DNA from: Ruditapes philippinarum
Lineage: Eukaryota
Direction of reading: 5' to 3'
Assembly (NCBI RefSeq): GCF_026571515.1
Contig: NW_026859045.1
Span: forward strand, 248,001-312,000
DNA length: 64,000 nt
In this document: positions 39,290 through 50,900 of the stretch, in pieces
Layout: each line of letters starts with the position of its first letter
How positions within the stretch are numbered: position 1 is the stretch's first letter
Program-made: the position numbers and the translations under genes
Notes under the pieces: generated by a model
Seen by the model: the letters and a program-made list of their open reading frames with translations, nothing else
The model's database searches: none
Told to the model about the DNA's origin: nothing

Positions 39290-40113
39290 GCAAAATTCAA
39301 AATTGTACCAGTTCATGTTAAATGTTGAATTCTGCTAAAGCCGGTGCTAGGAGGCGTGGACGGTAGTTTTCACTTGACAGTGTCGTCCATGAACAGGCTC
39401 AATCAAACCGAGCCTGATACATTTTCAATTTTGCCGTGTTGGGCGTTCTTTAGGGATTCTTATTTTCTCTATTGTACCGGCACATCAGAGTTGTTTGTGC
39501 CGTGTGGAGGCTGTAAAAAGTCGCCTTGTACATTCAATCAGAAGTGTTATATTTCCGATCCTTAAAGATCGTTCGTCACGACATTATTGTTGTGCTTGCG
39601 GTAATTTAGTTCTTTCTATTCGGCCATTTTCTTGTTGGGTGGTTCCTGTATTCCTCACTTGAATACTGTTGAAACACCCTAAGGATATGTGGCCTGCTTT
39701 TTAAATTTGTCTTTTGACGTCTTATCTGTGATATGCAGGCTTCATAACCTCTAATCGCCTTTCAAAATTCCATTTTATTTAGTTCCGCCCATTTTTTTCT
39801 CGTTTAGGGCACACGCATATTTTTTACTTGGGGACCATATGCCGCTTTTCATGTAATTGCACTTACGTGTCACATTGAAAGTTCCATGATAACCGCCATA
39901 TGAACACAATTGCAGATGTTTCAAAATTCAAAATTGTACCAGTATATGTTAAATGTTGAATTCTTGAATGCTTAAACCGGTGCTAGCGGGCGGGGACGGT
40001 AGTTTGCACTTGACAATACCGTCTATGAACAGCCTCAATCAAACCAAATCTTCAACATTTTCAATTGTGCCGTGTTGGGCTTTCTTTAGGGATTCTTAAT
40101 TTTCTTTATTCTA
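39290..40113 (-). mobile_element. Two tandem reverse copies of the same family (39290-39470 and 39780-40113)
   Basis: ~180 bp direct repeat caaaattcaaaattgtaccagt...ctttagggattctt at 39291 and 39922. Confidence 0.85.
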
Positions 40114-41790
40114 TAGTAACGATGACCGGATTTGTTAATTAAATTAGAAATGCCAAACATTAGGGATATATTTTATATATGCTATACAAAGTCACAATTG
40201 TTATTATTATTATTTTAGATTGTGTTTTGATGAACATTTACTAGACAAAACTTCAAACTCACGTCTTTGAATGTTGATAATTAGTTTCATTGCGATTCAA
40301 TTCAAATAAATTTTCAGAAAAAATCCACAACCTGCAATTATGAGTTTATTAATTACAACGCTGGTTATCGATCGGTTCTTTTACGCTTGAACACATTAAA
40401 GATTTGCACATCCTAATTAGTAAATTAAACCCTTTTATACGATAAGCATCCGATAGCTCAAGTGCTTAAATGTACCGTATTTGTCTTATGAACTGTTTGA
40501 ATAAAACGACTTTAGTTGTATTAAATTCTGATTACTTATTTAAGAGATGAAGTTCACATGAATAGGCTATGGCCGTAATTTTGACACAAATAATTACATG
40601 TAAATTCAATACCGTTTATGAAGTGAATTCAACTTATGCAACTTAGAAATAATATACATATATGAATAATAATAAGAATGTTATGTTTGTATATATATGG
40701 TAAGATTATTCACCGAATTCATGATATTATGACAATTCTGTCGCACATAACAACAATGAATTATTACCCTGTATTAAAGTGGTATCCCTTTCCCCTTACA
40801 AAAACGAGATATTGAATATGTTTGTCTTGATTTATTTCCTATTTGCAGGCAATAACACTTGGAGATAACCGGTATTATAATTAATCGCGTTAAAGTAATG
40901 TGTCTGATGGAAACGTTTCTGTGCAGCATTTGCAAGAAATAATCATATTACATAAGACTAAATATGATAAATCACGTTTTATGTTTCAATAACGGTTGAC
41001 CGTATTTTATCAAAACATAATAATGAAGTGAGTTAGGGATATCGAAGCACTTGACATATGACTAATTTCTATGAAGATATTTGCTAGACGTTGTTTTGTT
41101 ATTCTAGTTGCTATTTATCAGCTGTCAAATAAGTCAAACACATCCGAACAAAAATATGCTTTTTGAACAAAAAGAACACGAGCGTGTCAATAGTCATGTT
41201 CTATGTTCCTGCAATATCTAAAATACCTGATACCAAATCATTGCATCAAGAATACCAATAGCATTTATTTATTATTTATATAACCTCTTTAAATGAATCA
41301 TCTACCTGTTGTTAATGTAACGTTTCTAAAACTTTATTAATTCAAAAATTACACTTGAAGTTTAAATTGTCTTGTTCAAAAGCTTCTTTCTTCTTTAAGA
41401 ATAAACAACGTCATAATGAATCAGTTTCGCAATAAATCTAATTCAATGATTGGTGTGAGTCAACAAATTTCCGGCCATATACCTTGTCTTGTTGTTTGGC
41501 GTTTTAACAAGTCGACTTTTGAAGATTTAGTATCATAAATTGTATTGGACAACGTGCATTTTCCCAAACAATTTTGCATCACTTTTTGAGAAGTTTCAAT
41601 AAATTTCAAAATTGATATTAATATACAGTAAGCTTAAGCAATTGCTTATACAGACCCTTAACCACAGCCCTGTTAATCCATTATTCATACAAACATGTTT
41701 ATGTTTCAATAACAGAATCAAACTTAAATTAATTTTACAATCAGTTGCATTTCTCTTTTCCTTTTTTTTACAAACATATTTAAAAAATAG

Positions 41791-41923
41791 CAAGAATAAA
41801 GATAGATTTGTCTAGCACGTTTAAAAACTTAATAAATAAAAACAATCATAGTGTGCATCAAACTTCATTGATATGTACTACTATGCGCGAATGAGTAAAT
41901 AATATTTTCATTTCATCTTGATG
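41791..41923 (+). repeat. Local ~135 bp duplication (second copy at 43050-43178)
   Basis: gtctagcacgtt...acaatcatagtgtg...gtactactatgcg..aatgagtaaataatattttcatttcatcttgat occurs twice. Confidence 0.9.
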
Positions 41924-42648
41924 CTCGATAACCAGGCAGATATTTGGTGAAAATCATTCATGTTTCCATTTTATCAAAAGACTTGAAATATAAAGTGTAA
42001 TATCTGATATTGTCCCAGTATCACAAGCTAAATTTGTAATCAGTCAAAATGACTTATTAATGGAAACATCTTGATATGTTGCTTGTTCACAGACACTCCC
42101 TGTCGTATTTGATTCAGTAATAATATATTAAACAAGGAATATGTCTAGTTTTAACTATATAACAGGCATCAGAACTGTCATGACTTACTCTATATGTTTG
42201 GCTTCCGACAAAGAGTGAATTATCCGATTGAGGAGATGAACACATTTACAAGATTCGTGTTTTATTAAAATCACTAGATGTCAATAGTGCCTTTTCTCAT
42301 TTTTTAAAAAATATATAACTCTTAAAAAAACAATCGTTCGAAGAGAATATGAGGATGTTAAAGTAATATTATTACAGGAATCCAGTGATGGAATTATAAA
42401 TATGTTTTACATCTAAAAGGAAATGATTATCATTTTTGTTTGTTTGTTGTTTTTTATTTCAATTTTTGTTGTTGTTTTCTTGTTGTTGTTTTTTTTTCAT
42501 TTTTACTTTTGAAAGATATATTGGTGAATATATGAAACTTAAAACTATTTTGAATTTCAAGCTGCGAATAAGTAGTTTAAGGCGAGTATGTTACTAGTCT
42601 TAACGTTATAACAAATTTTCATTTTGACAATGAGTCAATCTTTTATAA

Positions 42649-42921
42649 GGGGCATCCGTGGCCGTGTGATTAAGGTCGTTGACTTCAAACTACTTGTCCC
42701 TCACCGCTGTGGGTTCAAATCCCGACAGGGTCTGTGAATTCTTTCATTAGAGGAAGCTATCTAGCCAGCTTACGGAACGTCCTACTAAAGTGCCCGTTCG
42801 TGCCTGAAAAAATGCACGGAAGGACACCTGAGGTCTTCTTCAACCAGTAAAGCTGAAACGTCCCCATATGACCTATACTGTGTTGGTGTGACGTACAACT
42901 CAATCAAACAAACAAAACAAA
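42649..42921 (+). mobile_element. Full-length Meta-domain tRNA-derived SINE with a 13-bp TSD
   Basis: A-box-like tggccgtgtgatt and B-box ggttcaaatcc. Meta-like core gaggaagctatctagccagcttacggaa...gtgcccgttcgtgcctgaaa..atgcacgga...cacctgaggtctt, then a (CAAA)n tail. caatctttt(a/g)taa at 42636-42648 and 42922-42934. Confidence 0.9.
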
Positions 42922-45900
42922 CAATCTTTTGTAATGTATATTATATATAATGCAACAAAGCTGTTTCTCAATATAGGTAATTTATTAGATACAAAGGGCT
43001 TTCAATAACTATTTACCATTGTGTTTCATATATATATAACTACGAAAGTAAGAACAAAAAGCATGGTCTAGCACGTTAAGAGACTTAATATACAAATACA
43101 ATCATAGTGTGACTCAAACTTGATTGGTACGTACTACTATGCGTAAATGAGTAAATAATATTTTCATTTCATCTTGATATGCCAAGACGTGCACAGATGT
43201 AACATGAATAATTTCTGTTTGTTACTTGACTTATTACATCTTACCAGCTTTTAAGACGTAATATGAAAGGCTTTCATTACAAATGATTCATCCTATTGTG
43301 TATGTCCAGCACGTATGTATCGAAGGTTAGTTTCAATATCTTTCTAATTAGATATATTTGCTTGTACATCTTATAAACTAATTTGTTTTTGTTGATATCT
43401 CTCAATAGAGTCGGGGGGGGGGGGGTGTCATTCTCCTGATGATTAATTTCCGGTATACTTCATCTATAACGAATATTTTAGCTTACACCATGCATGCACC
43501 GAACGCTTATAATTGGGACATTGCGGTACTGTCACCACATGTGTTTAACAATTCTGAGATGCTTTGAGTTGCATGTATACAAAGCTTTTTATTTATGCTT
43601 TTGCATCAGATTCTGTACAATGACGCCATTCTGTATTTAAAGTAATGATATTAGAATATTAGAACAATCTATAAGAGGCCCTTTCAACTGGACTTCAGTG
43701 CTTAAGGAATTGTTCATATTTAAGGCGGGTTTGCAACATTTAAGTCAAAGTACTTTATAAAATGATGCTACTTCTGCTAGAGTTGGATACACTGTTAATA
43801 TTTAAATGGTGACAATGGAAAGGGGAGAGAACGTTAATTGCGTGCTACATATCACACTAATTATGATATCTAAGCAGCTGGTGGAAATTGGAAATTTCTT
43901 TAATGTATCTGTTTACCTTCTCGTTTTTAGAAAAGTCTATTAAAAGTTTCGGCGATGTTAAGATCGAATTTTGAAGTAAGTCTTCAAACAGGAAAGAGTC
44001 GGTCACCAGGGTAACCCAGCTATTTGCTGATGACTGTTTTTTGTGTTTATTAAGTATGACCAGATATTTAAAAAAATAAAATAAAGTGATAAATTGAAAT
44101 GTGAATGTACTTTTATTGAAGGTTTTTTTTATTAAAGATATGTTTAAAATTATAAAACAAAGTTTGATATTATTATATCGTTTGTTTTTTATTTCTACCG
44201 TTTTTCTCTACATGGAAGTGCATGGCTGCCATTCGTGGCAGTCGATAGATAAGATTTCAACTTTCATGCGTGCATATATATGTACAGCAACATTTAAGAT
44301 GGACAAGTCATCACATAATAAATTATGAATATAAGCCAAATAATTCAAGGGGGCTTGGTCTCATACCTCGCAAATTATTATAATGATTAACAGTTTTAAT
44401 ATAAATTTAAACAAACTGTGTCAAACTAGAATAATGACCCGTTTGAACATTTTAATTTTGTAACAGTGCATATGAGTTTAAGTATTTCCATAAGAACTGT
44501 CCATATCCCTACACCATGCATATTAAATTTATCATTGATATCCATTCAATAAAAAGCTTTTAGCAAAATAAGATATTTCTTGCGGATAAAATCTGGAAAG
44601 ATTTACGTAATCTCGTCTGAAATTCAATGCTGTTGGCAAATTTGTTCATCAATGTTCTGTAATTACATTTTGCGAAACAAAATTTCTGACATTTTCTAAA
44701 ACCAACATAAACTAAACACGTACTCTTATGTCCCATACCTTATTATTTTATAAGAGGACGGTGACCAATGGGTAGTTTTAAGAACTTTGCCATTAAATAA
44801 AAATACAAAATTTATATTAACGAAAAAGCATTACATTGTGATTGAACAATTATATAATATGTTATGGTTTTGGAAGTTTAATTTGTAGAATAGAGACTCT
44901 AATTTATTAATAAAATAATAAATAAAGAATAATTACAAAATTCAGCAATTTGTATGTCTGTACGAATCGTAGATTTATCAACGTAGTTGCGAATCCGGTT
45001 GCGGGCATACCAGTCAGAACAATACCAATACAAATGCAATCTTCCTTCATACATCTGTTTTTACCTTACAGTATATACTTGTAGAAGCACAGTATAACTA
45101 TTCTAAAATTTTAACATGAATTAGCCCATGTAATGTTAAACTTAATATATTAGTATTTGTTTCAGAACAGGGCTTTGTAATATATGAGATAGTTAAAAAA
45201 TACTTCAACACAAAAATAATTGCCAGCATAATATTGTAAGGGGTTTATTTCTTTACCAACTGTCAATTGTCTTATCAACACAACAAGGTAATTATGAAAC
45301 TATATTTTGTGATTGGAAATTATGCTTCGAAAATACATGTATAAGCTAAAATCGTACAAATTTGTCTTAATACAGAGAATTGTTTAAAATGCTTTAGTCG
45401 CATTCAAACCAGCAGTACAGTATTTATAAAACAATGTCAGTGACCTAACAGGCTATCATTTGGAAAGGAAATCTTCTCTTAGGGAAATTAGAAAAACATC
45501 AAAATAGAATTAAGTGGGATTATGCCTAGAATAAATTCTCCGTCTAAAAACTAAGATGTGTTTGACATTCTTAAAGAATACGAATGAAAGAATGTAAAAG
45601 CAGGAATGTGTTTTGATATGATATATAACCAGAGATGATTCAACGGGCATATGGTTAAGGAAATTCATCACTTGTGTCTAAAATCAACATAAAAAAACAC
45701 GCACCCACACACACAGGTTCACACAGTGATAATTCACAGTAATGGACACGAATAGAAAAGAAAAAAACAAGAGCAATGATGAAGAGCGTTAAAATGCTTG
45801 GTGTTTGCTATTTAAAGGAGACAGCACAAAATGTATGTCAAATTCGAAAGAAAAATCACTTTAAAATTTGTACTTAAACTACGCTGTATTACAATTGTTG

Positions 45901-47568
45901 TAGAAAAACATTTTCAATTTGAAAGATACACAATTTTATCAGGAAAATATACATTTGATTAAAAAGTAGCAGCACATTTGTCTTACGTATAAATTGTAAT
46001 GAAACACTAAATAGTTTATTTGCGTCATAAGTGTATCTGAGAATTATCCCACCTTGAGGTTAATGGTTTGCCGTTAAGAGCTGACACATTGTTTTTATTT
46101 TTCAGTCACCGTTTATCCCTGTGTTTCTTAAAAGGCTACTAAATGGGTTCGAATTACTGGAGTTTATTATACATATCCTTGCCCAAGCAGGTGAGGTGGT
46201 TTTGAAACCTTGTATTGCTTAAAATTTATATCACCTAAGATGAGCCAAAATCATCTTTTCTGTTTCTACCCTATGAGAACTACACAGTGTTGTTATAATT
46301 CATGTTAACGAATGAAACACACTCCTGAACAGTAATCAGTCCAAGTTCAGCAATTTACAGTATCTATGAATCAATAGTGTTTTTCAAATATTTCTAATTC
46401 AGCTTCTAAAAACATGAAATTAAATTGTGTTTGTATCTAACTTTTGTTGTAATTGCTTTTTTTAAGACCGCGCATGTCTTGAAGACTTTGTGTCTCTGAC
46501 CAATTTGGCAAAGCAACAGCCAATTTTAATAAGTTTATGATTTCTTTCACTCTGTTCGATTATAGATTTATTTTAGGAATTTTTATTAAAGAAGCATTAT
46601 CTAGAAAAAAAGTGATGGTGAACTATATGTGTTCTTTATATAGTCAATAAGTTTAAACATAGGACCTTTCCATTTAGTAACCTTAATATGTAAAATCTTT
46701 TCTTTCAGGTTTTCCCAAATTGATCAGTTTGTGTTAAACTTACAATATGCATTTTCTTTGTTAAGATGCTTTTATCTGTTATGGTAGTTATATCCGAAAC
46801 TCATATTTTGCTTTAATGGTTTGTGATAACCTTTACACCCACGAACATTAATGTAGAGTGGAAAGGTTTTGAAACTGTGAAATTTTGAAACCATTATTAA
46901 GTTTAAATAATGACAACCTACAAGTGTTTTATCATCCGTTTCACATTATCTATGAAAATCATTACAGTTAACTACGTCGAAATAATTCAAGCAGAACAAA
47001 AATACTCACAGCTGCTAGACGTGTAAATCACTAATACATCATGTACATAGTTTGTGTTCTCGACAAAGTTGTTCGAAGTCAAAGTAAAAAATCTTTTAAA
47101 CCGTCTAGACTTCATAAATATAATATTGGAAATATTCAATTACTTCAATTATTTCAATGTCTTGGAAATCTGATATGAAACAAATCTTTATCATGATGCA
47201 TGCATATTCTTAATTGATAAACATATTTTATATAGGCCGATAGTCTAAGAAAGCATTATTTGTAAGCACGAAACAGATGAGTATTAAACCATTTTTGATT
47301 TAATTCCATCTCTATAAACTCGCTCTAAACATTCAGACTGCCATTTTATAAACCAAAATATTTTATATATTTATTCATTAATTATTTGCTAAAAATATTT
47401 AAAACTAGTTAAATAAACGTTTTGAAGTAAAACAATAGAAAATTTCATGATGAGGATAGACCTTTTGTCTATAATTAAATATACCATCACCTATATCAAC
47501 TACGATATGTTCAGGATAAAAAACAAAAACAATACACTGTTCGTTGTTTGGACAATCCGATAACTTAC

Positions 47569-47620
47569 ATGTATCAGTCATTGAATTAAGGTCAAATACG
47601 AATTCTTTTAACGGTCGCAT
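47569..47620 (-). other. Candidate short exon, ATG to GTAAGT, 52 nt (MRPLKEFVFDLNSMTDT), unit B; copies at 52592-52643 and 59727-59778
   Basis: The ATG, open frame, length and donor CAT|GTAAGT are preserved in all three array units. I recognise no homology. Confidence 0.3.
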
Positions 47621-47989
47621 GTTAGTCTAACTATCACGTCAAATAATTTCCTGTCTTCGAAATGACCGATTCACTGTTGTCAAACTTTCTAACCCAATTA
47701 TGCTTAATTTACACGTAAGTTTTGTTAATTCCTCAAGTCCATTTGCATCAGGAAATATGTATGCATGTCCTCGGAAAAGAGTATAGTCATCTTATTTATA
47801 AAAACCGAATTATCCAATTCGTTTATCTTATAATTTCAAAAAATCATACATAATTATTGTAAGGTTATCAATTATTGCTAGTTTAGCAAAATATGCCAAA
47901 CATTTGCAATGCTCTTTAATTGAATTCCTTTAACAATAATATACTTACCATTTACTAAGAAAAAAAAAAGAAGATTGTTCAGCGATATT

Positions 47990-50900
47990 GTAATAATGCC
48001 GTCGCATATAACAAGAATGACTTATTACCCGGTATTAAAGTGGTATCCCTTTCCCCTTACAAAAATGAGATATTGAATATGTTTGTCTTGATTTATTTCC
48101 TATTTTCAGACAATAATACTTGGACATAACCGGTATAATAATGTATCGCGTTAAAGTAATGTGTCTGATGGAAATGTTAATGTGCAGCATTTGCAAGACA
48201 TATCTTAATTGTTAAGGACTAAATATGATAAATCACATCTTATGTTTCACTAACGAATGACAGTATTTTATCTAAACATAATTCTGTAGTGAGTTAGGGA
48301 TATCGAAGCACTTGACATATGACTAGTTGCTATAAAGATAATTGCTTGAAGTTTTTTGCTAAAGCACAAATATGCCTATTAAAGAAAAAGAAGGAAATGC
48401 CGATATTTACTATCTATGTTTTATTTATCATTTTTATCATTCACCTCTTTTTTTATGAAGTTTACACCTGTATTTTGTGTAACGATTTAAGGACTTTATT
48501 AATGTAAAGATTACATTAATAAAAAGTTTAAGTATTCTTTGTGTTTTGTCTAAAAAGGCTTCTTTCTTCGTAACAAGGAATCTTTGTCGAGAAAATTATT
48601 CATATTACCAAATTACTAAATGACTTTAAAATGAAATATCTGATATAAGCATCTACTACAAGCTCATTTTGTAATCAGTCAAAGTTACTTATTAATGGAC
48701 AAATGTTGATAGGTTGCTTGTTTACAGACAATCCCTGTCACAGTTAATTCAGTAATAATAAATTAGACAAGGAATGTTTCTGTTTTTAACTATATAACGG
48801 CATTCAAAACTGTCATGACATAGTCTGTATGTTTGGCTTCCGACGAAAAGTGAATTATCCGATAGAGAAGATGAACATATTTACAAAATTCATGTCCAAA
48901 AGGGTAGGATTATTGTTATTACTAGATGTCAAATTTTTTCCAATAATTTAAATAATTTATATTATTTTTTAAAGAAAGGATATGAGGATATTAAGTAATA
49001 TTATTACATTACTTCAGTGATAAAATTATAAATATAGTCTAACACATATATAAACACAATGCAACTGTAACTGTAAGATGAAAGTGTGCATCAATCAAAC
49101 ATAATTGATATCTACAACTCTGCGTTTATGTAAGTTCAAGTTACCCTTCCTCAGATATTTCACCTTTATAATTATGTCAAATTTTGTTTTTTACTTGTCT
49201 TCTTAAAAGAACAGCTTTTAGGACGTTATATGAAAGCATTTTCCTTCATATGAAATATCCTGTATTGTATGTACATCACGTTCCTATCCAAGGTCCGGTT
49301 CAGTATCTTGCTAATTAAGCATATTCACTTGAACCTCATGCAAGCAAAGTAATTTGCCTTTGATGTTATCTCGCAGTAAAATACAGTCGGAGCGTTATCC
49401 TGACACACTAATTAGTAATTTCCCTTGGACTTCATCTATATCGAATACTTCTGTTTACACAATACATGCACTTTACGCTTATTATTGTGACATTGCAGTA
49501 CTGTCACCACATGTGTTTCTCGCCTTAACAATTTAAGATACTTTATTCTTATCAGAAAACCTTTTCATGATTGAAAAAGTTTGAGAATTTTAGTTATACA
49601 CTTTATGTACCATATATTCATCCGTTGGCATCTTTACATACTGATGAGTATGCTTTCAAACAGAACATATGTTGCAGATATAAGTAAGCTATACATGTAT
49701 AAAACAAGTTATAATAAAGAACTCTTTGTTACAAATTTATTAAGAAAAGGCATTAAGTGTATGTAGGAGCAAATACCAATATAAAGCTAAAGCTGAGTAT
49801 ATTACCATAGAAATTGTTTTCATACTTTTGCTTTTTGTATCAGATTCTCTATAATGATACCATTTTGTATCTGAAATAAATGATAATGGGACATCTATAA
49901 AAGAGCCCTATCAACGAAAGAAGCGTTCATTTTTCAAGAAGGATTTGCCACATTTTGTCATAGTACTATATACACGGATGCTTCTTACGTTAGATACACT
50001 GTTAATATTTACATCGTGTAAGTGTTAAGGAGAGAGAATGTATATTATGTGCTACATATGACAATAATCAATATATGATATCGTAAGCAGGCATGTGAAT
50101 CCTTTACATGCAATGATTCTTTAATGGACATGTCTAGGCTTTTGATTTTGAAATAGTCCATTCACAGTTTCGGGGATGTTTACATCGAAGTTTGAATTAA
50201 GTCAGTAAACAATAACGAACAGGTCAGGCTGGCTTAGCTATGAACTCCACTGTGATGAATAGCGTGTCAAATGTCGGCATGAACACTTAAAACAGAAAGA
50301 TGTACAAAGAGGAATGTAAAAAAAAACATATTAAAAACGCTTAAAGTCTTTTTTGTGCTACTTAGTCCGACTTTAGTGTAAAGCGTTGGAAATATTTTCA
50401 ATGTTGGGTTGGGTCATTTTTTACATTTAGAGAAACTAAACTTGAAAAACGGAGGAAGCGAATGAACTGAAATTTTGCGAGCAAGTAATCGGTACAGACC
50501 TTCATCAAATGGTTTAATATTCATTTAAAAAAAGTATTGCCATTTTCATGTCAAACAACTCTAGTGGAGTCCTTTTAAGTTTTGTGATGAACAGTTATGA
50601 CAAGAAGAATAATCTGATGTATAAAATCTGAATGTACTTTTATTAAAGCTTGAATTATTATAAACGTTTAAAAGTTTAAAATGAACTTTAATGTAATTAT
50701 ATCTTTTCTTTTATTTCTACCAATTTAGCTCCACGACTAAGTATCTTGATGACGTCAAAATAAGAATTGGTCTTTCAAACAAGTATATCTCTGTACAGCA
50801 AAACAACAGATGGACTAGTCATACCATAAATGGTTATTAATAAGCTAATAAAACAAAAGAGTGCTGTAAAAAACAAACCTCGGCAAAAATTTAGCCCCAG

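Larger units (their letters stand above)
40720..47945. repeat. ~7.2 kb array unit B
   Basis: Colinear with unit C through many anchors (40761/48022, 42032/48667, 43526/49499, 44570/51012, 46690/51762, 47560/52583, 47915/53655). Confidence 0.92.

Noticed and set aside
42649-42730. tRNA gene calls here and at 31175-31253, 15185-15245, 2820-2870 and 36090-36165
   Set aside because: The A/B boxes run into SINE bodies or LTRs, or are too decayed; there is no clean cloverleaf with a terminator.
46709-46850. Plus-strand acceptor followed by an open frame (FSQIDQFVLNLQY...)
   Set aside because: The paralogs at 51782 and 58814 hit a stop after about 12 codons and no donor is conserved.
49641-49680. 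Hammerhead ribozyme core (CTGATGA) here and at 15832, 43436, 44027, 56286 and 58921
   Set aside because: No stem II followed by GAAA and no closing stems.
50250-50470. C/D-box snoRNA (GTGATGA)
   Set aside because: The nearest CTGA is over 200 nt away and there is no terminal stem.
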